Part shown: in pieces, positions 1 to 13,298 of the stretch
Layout of the letters: every line of letters starts with the position of its first letter
Numbering within the stretch: the first letter of the stretch is position 1
Assembly (NCBI GenBank): GCA_013265495.1
Contig: MU058384.1
Span: 6,344,956 to 6,408,955, forward strand
Length of the DNA stretch: 64,000 nucleotides
Source: Vicugna vicugna
Lineage: Eukaryota
Direction of reading: 5' to 3'
Translations under genes and position numbers: made by a program
Notes under the pieces: generated by a model
What the model saw: only the letters and a program-made list of their open reading frames with translations
Told to the model about the DNA's origin: nothing
Databases searched by the model: none

Positions 1-407
1 AAGTAAGCCAGAAAGAGAAAGAAAAATACCATATGAGATCGCTCATATGTGGAATCTAAAAAACAAAAACAAACAAACAAAAACAAACAAACAAACAAAA
101 ACAAAGCGTAAATACAGGACAGAAATAGACTCACAGACAGAGAATACAGTCTTGTGGTTACCAGGGGTGGTGGAGGGTGGGAAGGGATAGACTGGGATTT
201 CACAATTGTAGAATAGATAAAACAAGATTAAACAAGATTGTATAGCACAGGGAAATATACACAAAATGTTATGATAACTCACAGAGAAAAAAATGTGACA
301 ATGAGTGTGTATATGTCCATGAATGACTGAAAAATTGTGCTGAACACTGGAATTTGACACAACATTGTAAAATGATTATAAATCAATAAAAAATGTTAAA
401 AAAAAAA
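1..407 (+). mobile_element. L1 LINE 3' end (relatively young): ORF2 C-terminus, 3' UTR and poly(A)
   Basis: Translates VSQKEKEKYHMRSLICGI*, typical of an L1 ORF2 end. It is followed by an (AAAC)n tract, a G-run segment GGGGTGGTGGAGGGTGGGAAGGG, AATAAA and an A-tail at 398-407. Confidence 0.9.
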
Positions 408-1999
408 CCTACACAAAGGCATATGCCAATTATATCTCAATAAAGTTGTGTGTAAGGGGAAAAGGTATGGCATTGTCATACCTGAATTAGGAATTTAACT
501 CGTGATTTTATCAAGTATCTTTTATCTTTGACACATTCAAAACATTTTAAAAATTGAAAACTCTTTCAACTAAAAAATCAATGTGTACACTGAAAATGCA
601 TAAATTTTAAATCTCAAAGTATGGACCAATTATCCTCTCTCTAGGTTCTGAAACAAAAATCAAGCCAGCAACTTTGATGATCACATTGCGAGGACTCAGC
701 CCGGCCGTATAAAAAGCACTGGTGCAGTAAAGTAGGTCCTTTTTTAGAAATGGAACAGACAAAAAGCCGTTCATCTATTATTCATGGTGCCTTGTGCCCA
801 TGTCAACTCCTGATTAATAATTAAAATTAATCTCATTACGGAAGATTTCATTACAGGATAATTTAATTAAATGATGAATTGGCTCCCAGATGTTACCTTC
901 TGTGCCATCTTTTAAATAATGCTGCTGATGACACAGGGATTCGCTAAGTATCAGTCGGGCCTTAAGAAAATGAATTATTTATAGGGCGCTGCCATTCTGC
1001 AGACCAGAAATGATACTGATCACACCTATGCATTAGCCTTCTCCAAAGTCACAACTTCCCAAGATTTCTGACATTGTTCATAAAGCTTTTGATGTCCATT
1101 GGAAATGTTAAGGCCTTTATTTTGTCAGCCATAAAAATGTGGTAAAAATTTTAATTCACAGAACCTACTAATTTTTAAAGAGGAATCTCAGAATTAAAAA
1201 TCTGAAATTTCAACTTCAAAATAACAATGAGGAGGAATATATTAATCAATTTTTGTGTTTCCAGAGAAAAAAAGAGTTCAATTATACAAACTAATCAAAC
1301 AACATTATGAAAACAACTTTAGAATTTTGTTTGATTTTATCATATAAAGTAACCAGTAAAAAGAGTCTTACAAAGTCCATGTATTTTTTAAATTTGCCAT
1401 GAACCAACATATATCACAATTTTTAAGGGCTTCCAGTTACCACATACTTCACTGTTATAAACATACTGCTTTTACTGCACTTTGCATGAGATACATATGC
1501 TGATAAACTGACATAAAAAGAATTGAAACCCATCAAACCAGATTTTTAGAGGGTGAAAATACCTAAGAGATATATCTTTATCTTCTTGGGAAAAATATGA
1601 GGGCTTTTGAATGCCACAATATATGACAAAATCTGGGCCATTTCAAAAATCATCAGCCAAATATACAAGTTTTAATTATTCTGCTTGGTTTATTTTAAGG
1701 ACTTAGATCCAAAATAAAGATATTTACACATTAAAATTTCAGTCTAAAACTGAAGTTTTGGATTTTTGTTATTTATACTCGTAGAGAGCAGATTTTTTTT
1801 TTAATGGGATTTGAAAATTAAGTTAGAAGATGTGACATAATCTTCCTATAAAGGAAGGTGTTGTTTCAGTAATGTTTCAAAAAGCAAACGAAACAAAACT
1901 CATTGTAGTTAACTGAGGGGGCAATTTATAATTACAAAGCAATAGATCGTACTGTCCTATCATTTACATACTCTATTCTTTGACTAATCAGCAACATAA

Positions 2000-2200
2000 C
2001 TGATAGAATCACAGCATCTCAGAGGTGGGATGTATTTCACAAAGCACCTTCTAGATATCTAAATTCTGTCCGATGTATGAATTCCTTCAGCCTCTAACAA
2101 GGAGATTATCTCGACTTGAGTGTCTCTACCAGTGCCCTGCTCACAACTTGACAAGGCAGCCTGCTTCATTTTCAGTCAGCTGATAGGATTAGAAAATCCC
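2000..2200. mobile_element. Ancient CR1/L3-like LINE fragment
   Basis: Motifs agaatcacagcatctc...gctcacaacttgacaaggcagcctgcttcattt...ttagaaa resemble the recalled L3/CR1 3' region. Confidence 0.5.
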
Positions 2201-3699
2201 CATACAGGCCCTTTCTAAATTACTTGGGATTTTCCACTCTTTTCCCTTTTTTTCTCCTTCCCTTCCATTCACTGGATAAGTTCCCAACTCTGGCCAAGCT
2301 GATCCACCTCCCTTGGACACAGGGAGAACATAGCTCTTGTTCTTCCTTTGCATTCTGGGCTCCTCTGCCACTTCTCCTTTAGAGTCGATCCCCAACACGC
2401 CCTTCAGAATTCTCTGATGTCACCATTCATTTCCACAAATAATCCTTATTAACCATGAAGTGGTTGTACCATGCAGATTTACATGGAGGTATATACTCTG
2501 CAACAATGGCAGATCTCAAGCAAATAACACACGGATAATTTGTGGGGAAATACTAAACCTTTTGAGAAATACCAAATATTTAATTCTATCAGTATGAACT
2601 GGGAACAGTTTTACAGGAAGACATTATGACTAGATACTCAATGTAAAATCAGCCCCGAGCATACATGGGTCTCATAAAATTAATTAACAACTCAACTAAG
2701 ACTGGATGTTTCTGAGATTTTTCTATTACTTGAAGTCTGTAATTTATTTTTGCATAGTAGACAGGCTAAGGTTTCCCAAAACTTTAAAAAATAGTTTTTT
2801 CTGTGAATTGGGGAAAAATTATCATTTGACTTCAAATTGCCCTCCTAGAATTTCAGCTCTTTGATGAGGAGCTACACTATTTTTTTATATTCCCCTTTAG
2901 TATCTGTATTTTGTAGTCATTACTCAACAGGTGTGGCCTTTAGACTGGGAATGGACCTGGTAGTAAATAAGACTAGGGTAGACATTATCTACATTGGGAA
3001 AATAGACATGGGAAAAATAAACTCAAAAAAGTTTTAAAACTTTGAAGTTTGGATGTTATAAAAACAAACCCAATAATCAAATCACAATACAAGAACATTA
3101 ATTGTCACCACTCCAAAAACTAGGAGAGGTTGATGTTTAAAGTATTTTTTTTTTACGATTTAGACAGATAAATGAAAGGTACTTCAAAAATGACAGGCTA
3201 GAGAAATTTCCTTACACCTGAGTGGCCCTCTATTTGTTTACCTGAATTAAATCTCTAAATTTTTGAAAATGCTATCAGATGAGGCTTCTGCATAAACATC
3301 CAGTACCATTTTCATAGGCCAAATGTTTACCTGCAATGATCCAGTGTCTTCTGCAAACATGTGGATTTATCAAAATAATCCATCTTCAAGATCTGAAAAT
3401 TCATCAATTTGGGTCTTAAAGGACAACTCTTTATACACACGTTTGGTATTTCTTGCCTAGTTCTCTATTGATACAAAATACTGAACTGACTTTCATAAGT
3501 TGCTACATTTTAAAAATAGTTATCAGTTGCTACATTTTAAAAATAGTTATCAGTAGAACTATCAGTAAAACGAGAGGCTAATTTTAAATAATGACATATA
3601 GATTTTATTTCTCTATACATTTCATTTCTCCCTAAAAACAGACTATTTAAAACCAGGTATTTTATCTCTTTAGAGAATACTCATGTGTTCTCATTTACT

Positions 3700-4130
3700 G
3701 AGCATTTAATATGTGTTAAAAGATTACTACCTATTTTTATCTAAATAAAACCCTAAAATCATCCTAATGAAATAGGTAAATTTATGCCACAATTAAGGAT
3801 AAGGATAGTTAAACAAAGGTGATTTAATTAATTTGCCAACAGTCATATAACTAGTAAATGGTGGAAAAGGAATTAAAATCCATGTCTATGCGACTCCATA
3901 CAATAACATTTAAAATTTTTTAATAATAACATTTTATAAGTGTTATTAGTCTTACATGTATTATATCATTAAATTTTTAAATAATCAACCCTATGAAATT
4001 AGGTACTCTTAATAGCACTAGTTTAGTAGGGATGAGAAAACTAGGCACAAAGAGGTGAAATAATCTTCCCACTACTGACACGTAGAGCTGGGCTGTCTAT
4101 TGTACCAGGCAGTCTGACCCCCTGGGATTG
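3700..4130 (-). mobile_element. Two degraded MIR SINE fragments
   Basis: MIR-core-like words on the reverse orientation (ttaataatttgccaacagtcatataactagtaaatgg; gatgagaaaactaggcacaaagaggtgaaataa). Confidence 0.6.
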
Positions 4131-5723
4131 CTCTTCACCTCTCCCCTACCATTGCCTTCTCAAAGCCTTTCTCTGATCTACCCTTCATCCCAAAGGGTTG
4201 CATTGATTACGTAAATGACCCTGACCTTTATGAAAAGTCTACCAGCTTGACCCATGTGGAAGTGATACTAACCAGTCTGCAGCCTCTAGGAATTTTTTCT
4301 GCTTCACACTTTCCTTTCAATCTACCCACCCTGTCATCTGGATGATTGCAGTGGCTTCCTATCTGGTCTTAAAGCATCTAGTTGTTCCTCTCTCCAGTCC
4401 ATATACACATGAAACAGTCTCTATAGACTGATTTCTCAGAAAAGAATTACTATTACTCAGTATCATTTCTAAATTTTTTGATATAAAAGATAAAGAATCA
4501 CTAGTCTCTTGTACATGTCCATTTACTGAATTGTATCAAGAATTCTGACTCTAGAATTGTAAAAGACAGTTTAGAAGCAGAAAACCTCCTGGTGCATTTT
4601 TATCACTGAGGTAAACCAATACTTTCAGCCTTGTTTTTTCAATCTACTGTGAATCTCCATTGCTCTCTATGTATCATGACCAATATGGGATCCCACTGAC
4701 TTTTTCTCTGGTTTTTTCCCCTCTGGTTTTAATTTATTTTCAATATCTTTGAGCACTAATTTTAAGGTTCTTTGAAAAATAGCTCTCAAAATCAACATTA
4801 GGGTAAGTTTTATTTGTATTTAACAATAACTGTAAAGTGTAGGGATTTGAACAAAAGATCAAATTACATATCACTACACTGAAAAGAAGGAACATTATCT
4901 CTATTCTGACATAACTCACACTGGGCTAAAGGTGAGGCATGAGTCTTCAACAAAGGGTGCCCTTGAGAGGTTAAGAGAAACAGGGAGGATGGGACCCAAC
5001 AAGAAGCCCGAAGCGGCTTGGTTCTGGCAGGCATGCAGAGCCCCAAAAGGCCAAGTGACGGCCCAGACAAAGCCACAGGAGACCATGATGCCATCAGTAT
5101 TTAAAGAACAAAGGGAGTCAGCTAGCTGCCCATTAGGCAGCACTTCAGCTACGGTGGAGGAATGAGCGAGACAGTCCAGAGCTCTGGAGAACAGGGAACC
5201 ATCCTGGCCAGTCAAGCTCAAGCAGACAAGATCCCAATCCCAACCGAGCAGCAGAGCCCCGTGAACACGAGGGAAGAGGGGGATCTGGTTCTGCAACCCC
5301 ACAGCCCTACCCAGTGTCGACCCCTCTCCCAAATACCACTCACAGCAGCAGAACTCATCCCATACCTGCCAGCTTCAGGGGCTGAGGTCCCTCAGCACAC
5401 GTTAAGCTCTAGTCAAGATTGGCTCTGGATCTGGGCTGCTCTGGGCATCACTGACTGCACATGTGAGGGAACAGGAAGGAAGGCAGAGGTTGCACATGTC
5501 TTCTCAAATTTGAACTCACAAAGAGGTGTGGAAGTTCCCTCAAGGCCTTCCTACGAAAGGGTCTATAAAGCGTAAGAGGCAAAGAGGCAGACCACCAAAC
5601 AGGTACCCGAAGATGCTGCATTACAACAGAGCTAACTATAAGGCAGATGGGTGATGACAGAGAAGGTTCAATTCATCACTTGTGAAGCTAATGGCTGCTG
5701 GAGGGAAGGGAGGCAGGGGCGGG

Positions 5724-5919
5724 TTCGAGGTCGGCAAACATACTGCCTGTTTTTCTACAGCTGAGCCAACAGAAAGAGAACAGCCACACCCTTTACCATT
5801 GCCAATGACGGCTTTCTCCTGCAATGGAGGACTGAGTTAACTGCAACCAGGACGATGTGGCCACAAAGCCTAAAACATTCACCATCTGGCTCTTTACAGA
5901 AAAAGTCTGCTGATCTCTG
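5724..5919. mobile_element. MER58A-like hAT-Charlie MITE
   Basis: ggtcggcaaac...gcctgttttt...tggccacaaagcctaaaacattcaccatctggctctttacagaaaaagtctgctgatctctg matches the recalled MER58A consensus. Confidence 0.8.
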
Positions 5920-6409
5920 CCTGAGAGAAATACCAGTCTTTCCAGATGCAAATTTATACATGCAGATAAATGCAAAGAATGAAAATTTAGAATTGTAAGA
6001 TTTGAACGAACAGACCATAAAAAATCATAAAGTCACCTTTACAGCTAACCCACACTGATAAGACGGATCACACAGATGTGGATAGAAACAACAGTTATTC
6101 TGAGCATGAAAAAATGGTCCACACCAATGCTATCTCAGATCCGTCTGTCTGTTTTTTCCCCACTTCATCAACAACTACCTTCCATAAGATTGTATGGATT
6201 CTTTCTTCTTGGGATCATAACCATCTCTCTGTACAACTCCCACTCCTACCTGCTTATATGCACTTGCTGCATTCACCCATTCTGCTCATTTTTATGAAAT
6301 CGATTCCCTCTTGCCACAATGGACACTTTACCTGGTGAGCTAATGTGGCCTGCTAGAATTGTGTCAGCAAGCTTTCAAAGATTAGACTGCCTCCGTCAAA
6401 AGAATTATT

Positions 6410-6549
6410 GGCGGGGAGGGTAGAGCTCAAGTGGTAAAGCACATACTTAGCATACACAAGGTCCTGGGTTCTATCCACAGTACCTCCTCTAAAAATAAAT
6501 AAGTAAACCTAATTGCCTCCCCCAACAAAATCAATAAAATTTAAAAAAA
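6410..6549 (+). mobile_element. Camelid tRNA-Ala-derived SINE (Vic-1 type)
   Basis: Head GGGGAGGGTAGAGCTCAAGTGGT...GGTCCTGGGTTCTATCC, family tail aaacctaattgcctccccc, A-rich end. Confidence 0.9.
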
Positions 6550-6664
6550 TTTTAATTATTAAAGTATGCTCTGTAAGTTTTCAGGAAAAACGCTGCAAAA
6601 CTTAAAAGATTTTTTAATTTGATTTTTTTGAAACATTGGCTTATTTTCTAATAAAAGAATTTTT

Positions 6665-6723
6665 TGTGCTTTTTTTTAAATTGAAGTAGTCAGTTTACAA
6701 TGTCGTGTCAATTCCCAGTGTAG
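6665..6723 (-). mobile_element. Very short L1 3'-terminal fragment
   Basis: Reverse complement resembles the L1 3' end at 343-400 of this window. It is flanked by aaagaat on both sides (possible TSD). Confidence 0.6.
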
Positions 6724-7780
6724 AAAGAATCTTCTTTTAATTTATTATTATTAAAATCCTTATTCAAGAAGGTTCATGCAATCTTTCATTCCAGAAGTAT
6801 TTACCCAAAACTTACTATGTGCCCTGAAATATGCTGGGATCCAGCTTGGACCAGAAAAAAAAACCTGGCATTGGTGCTCTATTTTTCTCCCTTTCACAGG
6901 AAACTCCTATTTTCCCAATACTTCAGATACACAGTGGAAGGATTTTGTACATTTATTTCACATAAAAAGAAAAAATAAAATAGTAACTGCCACTGCATGA
7001 AACACTTCTAAAGTAATTGAATACTTGAAGAGTTAGTGAATCAAGAATTGACACTTCTCTCACCAAAAAAGGAAAAAATTTTTTAAAATCCCAGAATTTT
7101 AAAATCTTCAAAGATTTCAAATTTCTTATGTTTTCTTCAAAATTACAGAAGTTGAAATGTTATTGTAAACCAAACTAACTACAGACATTGCTTAAAATTA
7201 TTTGGGGGGTAGAATACAGTATAAATTTCCTGTCATATGAAGAGATGCACTGTATAACAAATCGTACACTTCTCCAAATTTAAGAATTTTAACTATGTTT
7301 CTAATATGAAGCTACAGAAAACTCTGATAGCAATGGAGAGGTTGTATGAATTATACATGAACTGGTATCCAATTTTCAAGTTGTCTTTGAAAACTGGAGG
7401 AGTTGATTTTCAAAATTAGAAAACAAATCAATAATATTTGAACTTGCTCAGATGGAGGTGGAAATTTCTTTAAAAATTAATGGATGAGTTTTAACCCAAA
7501 AGAGTCCTTCTATTATCTGAGAAATAAGAAGTGGCCACCCAGATATATCCAGACACTACATCAAGGAGCTTCCTGCAGATCAATATTAAGAACCTGTGTT
7601 TGTACCACCTCTTCCTGATGTGTGCCTTATAACTTGAGGGGAGACTAGTAAGCATTTTTAAAGTGATAATATTGTTATTTTTGTCTATGGAAAACAAGGC
7701 TTTGAAAGTACTGGCCCCTGATAAATTCACTCCTATTCCTTGTCCCCCTTGTTCTCTTACTTCCTCTCTCTCTCTCTTCT

Positions 7781-7806
7781 CACACACACACACACACACA
7801 CACACA
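7781..7806. repeat. (CA)n microsatellite next to a CT tract
   Basis: Direct reading. Confidence 0.95.
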
Positions 7807-9319
7807 GGCACGTGCACGTAACACTTCTTGCTTCCACTCAGAACCACATTATCAACTACTAAGTTATTACATATGCACAAAAATGCATATTTACACTGTG
7901 CCGTTTGGGAATGCTAATAATTCCAATTTTAGTTAAGAAATGAAAGCATTATCACTGATCCTATTAACAGAAATTTATATAATTTTTCAGTCTCTAATTC
8001 AGATGAAATTGTCAACACGCTGCATTTAAAAAAAAAAAAAAAAAAAGGAAAGACCCAGTAGCAGGACCTTTCCTTTTGTTGAAATGAAAACTTAGAAACC
8101 AAGGCAACACTCTGAAGCTCAGAGTCTTAGAGCTCTCCTCGGAGCCACTTTAATTCTTAATGTCTTAATTACTTGCACTTATTAAATAATTGAAACTCTC
8201 CAGCAAACAAAAGATGAGATGGCTATCCTACCTGACCAACACGATGGCAGCATGAGCTTATTCTAAAAAGAAAAAAACAAGAATTATGGTGGCTTGGGGA
8301 AGATGTGCCAATGAGTAGAAAAATGTAAAGTCTGTATTTATCATGGGGTTTTGATTCACACACACACACATTTTGTATTGACATATAGATATAGATATAC
8401 GGAATGAAAATGCATTTTGCCTTGATAGATGATAATTATATTTAGAAACAATCACTAGACTCATAAGCCCTCAAAGACAGCAGATTAATTAGAGATCAAT
8501 CTGTCATATTTCATCAGTTAGCAGCAGGCGTGTGCAGTACACGTACAAATTTCTATAAGGCATAGAATGTCTAAAATGTGTTTGTAAAATATGATCATCT
8601 TATGCTATTCATTTTAATTAAAGTTCTGTATACTGGTTCATTCAGTATTTATTCAGTATTTGCAAGGCATACTGCTTCTGAATTTCTTTTATATATGTCC
8701 ATGCACGAGATTCATTGGCAATAGTATGCTATATAGCCAAGATATAGTCACACCATATAATATGCATCATATAAAAGTGAGTGCAACTTTGTCTCAGCAT
8801 CAGCTCCTGCTACTGACATTCCTGGGTCTCTTCCTTCAGAAATTAGCCTCGACTAACAGGAGATGCAATATTACAAATATTCTAAAGAGGGAATTTTTAG
8901 CATCTGCTAAATAAATCAATGAATAAAATTAGTTTCATGTTTACTTATTAACCACTCTTCCTTCTCAACACTCTTGTACTCCAAATTTTCAAAGTCTTCT
9001 GGACTTTACAATTATATACTAGCCATGTGTTTCTTGCAGGAAAAGCCATCTTGTAATTCTGGGTGGAAAGACTGTCTATGATACTGAGTCACAAATATAT
9101 ACATATGTAAAAAATTAAAGGAGAATAGTCTCTTATAGCACAATGATTAGACAACTTTATTTTCCTGGTTACCTATATTACTGTCCTATATTACTAACTA
9201 GAAATGCCTTTTCCTCCTCGCAAAGGTGTCTCCATTTAAATAATAAATAATACAACCACTCAATCTAAATAACCAAGGCCCACTTCTACTTTTTGTCAGT
9301 GATAATCACCCAAGGCTAG

Positions 9320-11190
9320 TCTCAACTTCCAATCAAGATGCTTCCATACACTTAATCACTGACATACCTCCTTTGGCTCAAAAACATAACAATGGTAAAT
9401 ATAGTGAGAAAATATAAAGTCATAAAACTATACTGAAGTTTTTTTTTTAAATATGACAAGTATCTTTAAGCAAAAAATGGAAAAGTGGTAAGGGAGGCAG
9501 AAGCCATGATGAGCCTACAGGATTCTTTCTAGAAGCAGGTGGGAATTAGGCTCCTGAGCATCACAAGATCAGGGACCACATCCAGGTTCACTAATTGAAA
9601 CTATGAGGTTCGACTGTCTCCCTCACACCCGATTTCATGTCATTGTGGAAGGATGTTGAGGGGGGACAAAAAAAAACTTCTGCAAACAGCAACTCACAGA
9701 ACTTTTCAAAAAGCAGAACATGTAAATACTACAAATTAAAAATACTGAAAAGGAAATTTAAAATTTTTGTTGAAATAAACAGATATTGCAGAGCAATGGG
9801 AGGATCCACCATATATCTGACAGGAGTTGCAGAAAAGAGGTTATAAATATCTTTAACAGCTAAAGATAAATAAGTTATAAATAAGATAAAGATTATAGAT
9901 TAAAAATATTTGGAGATATAAAAGTTAAGAATTTTCAAAAAGTTACATAATTTCTCAAATCAATAATTTACTCTGAATATAATACAGGATAAACAAAGTT
10001 AAGTCTATACCTAGATATAACATAATAAAACTGCAAACAAGATTAGTAAGTATTGAAAGTCACTGGAGATAAAAAGAAAGGGCAGATTACTAACAAAGGA
10101 GCAATCATTAGAATAACAGGACTTTCTTATCAGCAACTATAGATGTCATTCATTTATTAAAAAAAATTTTTTTTTACCGTACTCCAGGCAGAAGAGAATA
10201 GGATAACATCTTTAAAGTGCTAAGGAGAAAAAACGTTAATTTAGAATTTTATGCCCAGCTAAATTGTTGTTCAAAAATGAAATTTTTTAAAAAGCCACCC
10301 TTAGATCTTCACTGAATCAATTACTTAAGGATGCACATTAGTACTTAGAAAAACAACCAGTAAGGACGCAACAGAATAAAAGAGAAACCTATATTGTAAA
10401 TTTAATTAACTGTTTACTGTAAAATAATAACTAATCATAATCCACTACAAAAAAATTAAAACTGAAATTTGAGTCAAAATTAACAAGAATTACCCACATG
10501 CCAAGGTAAGCTCAGGAAGAGGAAATAAATACAGATTAACGTCAGACTTTAAAACGTACAATAATTTAAGTATATTTAAAAAGTAAAAGAATCCCTAAAG
10601 GAGTAGAACTGCAACATATAGCTTTCAAATAAGCAGAGAAAAATAAAATAAAATACAGAAAGCTTTAACAATCTAATAGAGAGCAGGCAGGGGTAAAAAG
10701 GGAGTGAAAAGAAAAGAATGGTGATAGGAAACTCAAAGAAAGATAATATAAATAAGTATAAATATACCTGCAAACACAATATATGGAAACAATGAACTTC
10801 CTAATTCAAAGACAGGAATTATTAGAGCTATCTAAAACTAGAGAAATCAAGCGTATTCTGCTCGAGACACCCCTAAGACAAAACCATGCAAAACAACTGT
10901 TTTAGAAATGAGAACATGGGGATGGAAAGAGGAACACTGAACAAATACCAACCGAAAAGAAAACTGTTACAGTAATGTCGATGTGAAAAAATAAATTTTA
11001 AGTCAAAAAAAAAATTAACAGAGGTAAAAAAGGACAATGTCCAGTGAAAAGGGAAAATCTATCAAGAAGATATAATAATTATGAATTTGTATGCACACAC
11101 GGCATCAGCTCAAAATACACAAAGTAAAAACTGAGTCACAAAGTAAAAAAGAAAAATAACAGATGCACAAACTTAAAGGGAGATTTTTAT
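9320..11190 (+). mobile_element. Old L1M element, degraded 5' part (ORF1 and start of ORF2 endonuclease)
   Basis: ORF1-like remnants (ataacatctttaaagtgctaaggagaaaa...agaattttatgcccagctaaattg) and endonuclease-like remnants (aatctatcaagaagatataataattatgaatttgtatgcac). No intact ORF. Confidence 0.7.
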
Positions 11191-13175
11191 TCATCTAGCT
11201 TCATGGCAATTGAGTGTATCTAAATTCTGACTGCTACATCTAAGCACAGAAGCCCCATTCTCTACTTGTCTCTAGATCTGAAATTCTTCACCATTTGAAA
11301 GATATTACCATCTGGATATCCTCAACGAGTTAAGAAAATCCCTGAGAATAAAAAAAACCCACCCAAGAGCTGTGAAGAGAGGCTTCCTGGGGTCTAAAAT
11401 CTGGCAGGAGAGGCAGAAGACAGAGAGAGTGGACAGGGTTTCATTATGCACTGGACTCCCTCAGAAGAGTGCAGACTAGATGGCATAGCCTTAGAGCTGC
11501 TTGCAGCAAGTATGGTAAGAGAAAATGCTTTACATGTGGCCTCCTGTAATAGACTCATGCTTGGACACAACTCCACAGATTCATACAGACTTTAGAAAAA
11601 TGATATTTTATGCTCAGATGATCACATTAATACAGTATTGACTGCATTAGAAAAAAAAACCTGAATGATGCCAAAGCAAGTGAAAGAAGAAAGCAGAAAG
11701 TGCAGTCCAGGACTTTCAGGGAAACCCCAAATGAGAAACACTTAGACAAAATGAGCCCTCAGTAATAGGTAAAAGTAAGCACAAATGACATCTGTAAGCG
11801 GAATCCACAGTGGTGCAGTGGTATAGGGCGTGTTCAAGTCTTCTGGGTGTTTAAAAGGGCAGTTAAACCTGCCTAAGTAGCTAAATTAGTTCAGGAGACT
11901 CTGGATGGTGAAAATAACATTTACTTTTGAACTGGAACGTATGGACAGCAGAATAAAAAGAGCACCCAGAAACAGAATAAACCAAGTGCAAGTTCTGTCA
12001 GATAAGGACGGAGAAGGCATGAAGACGAACACACCACCGCCACAGGAACTAGGATGTGAAAATAACTAGGACAAGCGGAGGCAAGCCGTTAGGTGTTGCT
12101 CACCTCCACAGACAAACCACAGTTTTCTCTAAGTTTATTCACTGCCAGAAAAATCTTTACATCAGATTCTAAACAATCACCAAAGCACACTCAGCTCTAA
12201 AATTCTGTTTCTAAATTTGTGACAATTCTACTCAAATCTTCCCCATTAGTTCTATGTTCAGTGGAACCAGCAAACAATAACCAGTCGCACCCACAGAAGG
12301 TTCCAACACTTAGCACAAAGCAAACTTAAAATTTTCACAGAGTCATGCTTCAGAAAAAGCAATTCTAATTGAACAACCACAGGCTAAGAAACAAAGCACT
12401 AGGAGGACATCATCGCCCTGAACTGTAGATCGACAAATACAAGTTAATTTCCACAAAAGTATATAATTATTTTTGAAATTGCAAGAAAAAGAGCAAGCGT
12501 CATTAGAAGATAAATTGTATGGTCACATTTGTATAAGAGATAAATGATACCTGGATGGATGGATGGATGGATGAATGATTAAGGGTGAGGCAGAATGGTT
12601 ATATAAAAATTCAGATGGATACATACCAAACTATTTGTAGATAGCAACCTAGGGACTAGGAGTGACAAAATGAGGAGAAGACATCATTCTCTTTTATCTC
12701 ATATACTTAAGAACAGTCTGACTCCAGATCACTGAATATATATTATTTATAATTATTTTTGTTTACTAATCTAAGCACATTTATCCCAAATAGTGGTATA
12801 AAAATAATAAACACAAACTTAGAAATCTGCTAAATTAGGATAATTTCAACATAAAACCAGAAATACACCATTATTATTAATACATACACAAATTGTTAAT
12901 AATAAAATCATATAATTACTTTGATCCCCAAGTTTTCCCAGCACTGATGACTGGATGTGTTACATGAAGTTGAGATTCTCTGGAGGGTCATGAAGATCTG
13001 TAGACACTTGTTATTTGGTAGTTATTGGCTATTAAAACTATTAAAATGAGTTGTCTATGAGTATTTCTATTTCTTAAGGTCCCAGAGCCTTCTGACCTTT
13101 TGATATGCCAGGAGAATGAGTGGAGCTGTACAATTTTGAGCAGCTGCTTGACGGTAATAACATCACTTAGGGAAA

Positions 13176-13298
13176 GGGGAGGGTAGAGCTCAGTGGTAGA
13201 GTGCGTTCACAGCGTGCACGAGGTCCTGGGTTCAATCCTCGGTACCTCCATAAACAAACAAACAAACAAACCTAATTATGCTCCCCCCCACAAAAAAA
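13176..13298 (+). mobile_element. Vic-1-type SINE
   Basis: tRNA-Ala-like head with A and B boxes, family tail, TSD-like atcacttaggg / atcacctaggg. Confidence 0.92.

Noticed and set aside
43..360. 105-aa minus-strand ORF
   Set aside because: It is the antisense reading of an L1 3' UTR and its (AAAC)n tract.
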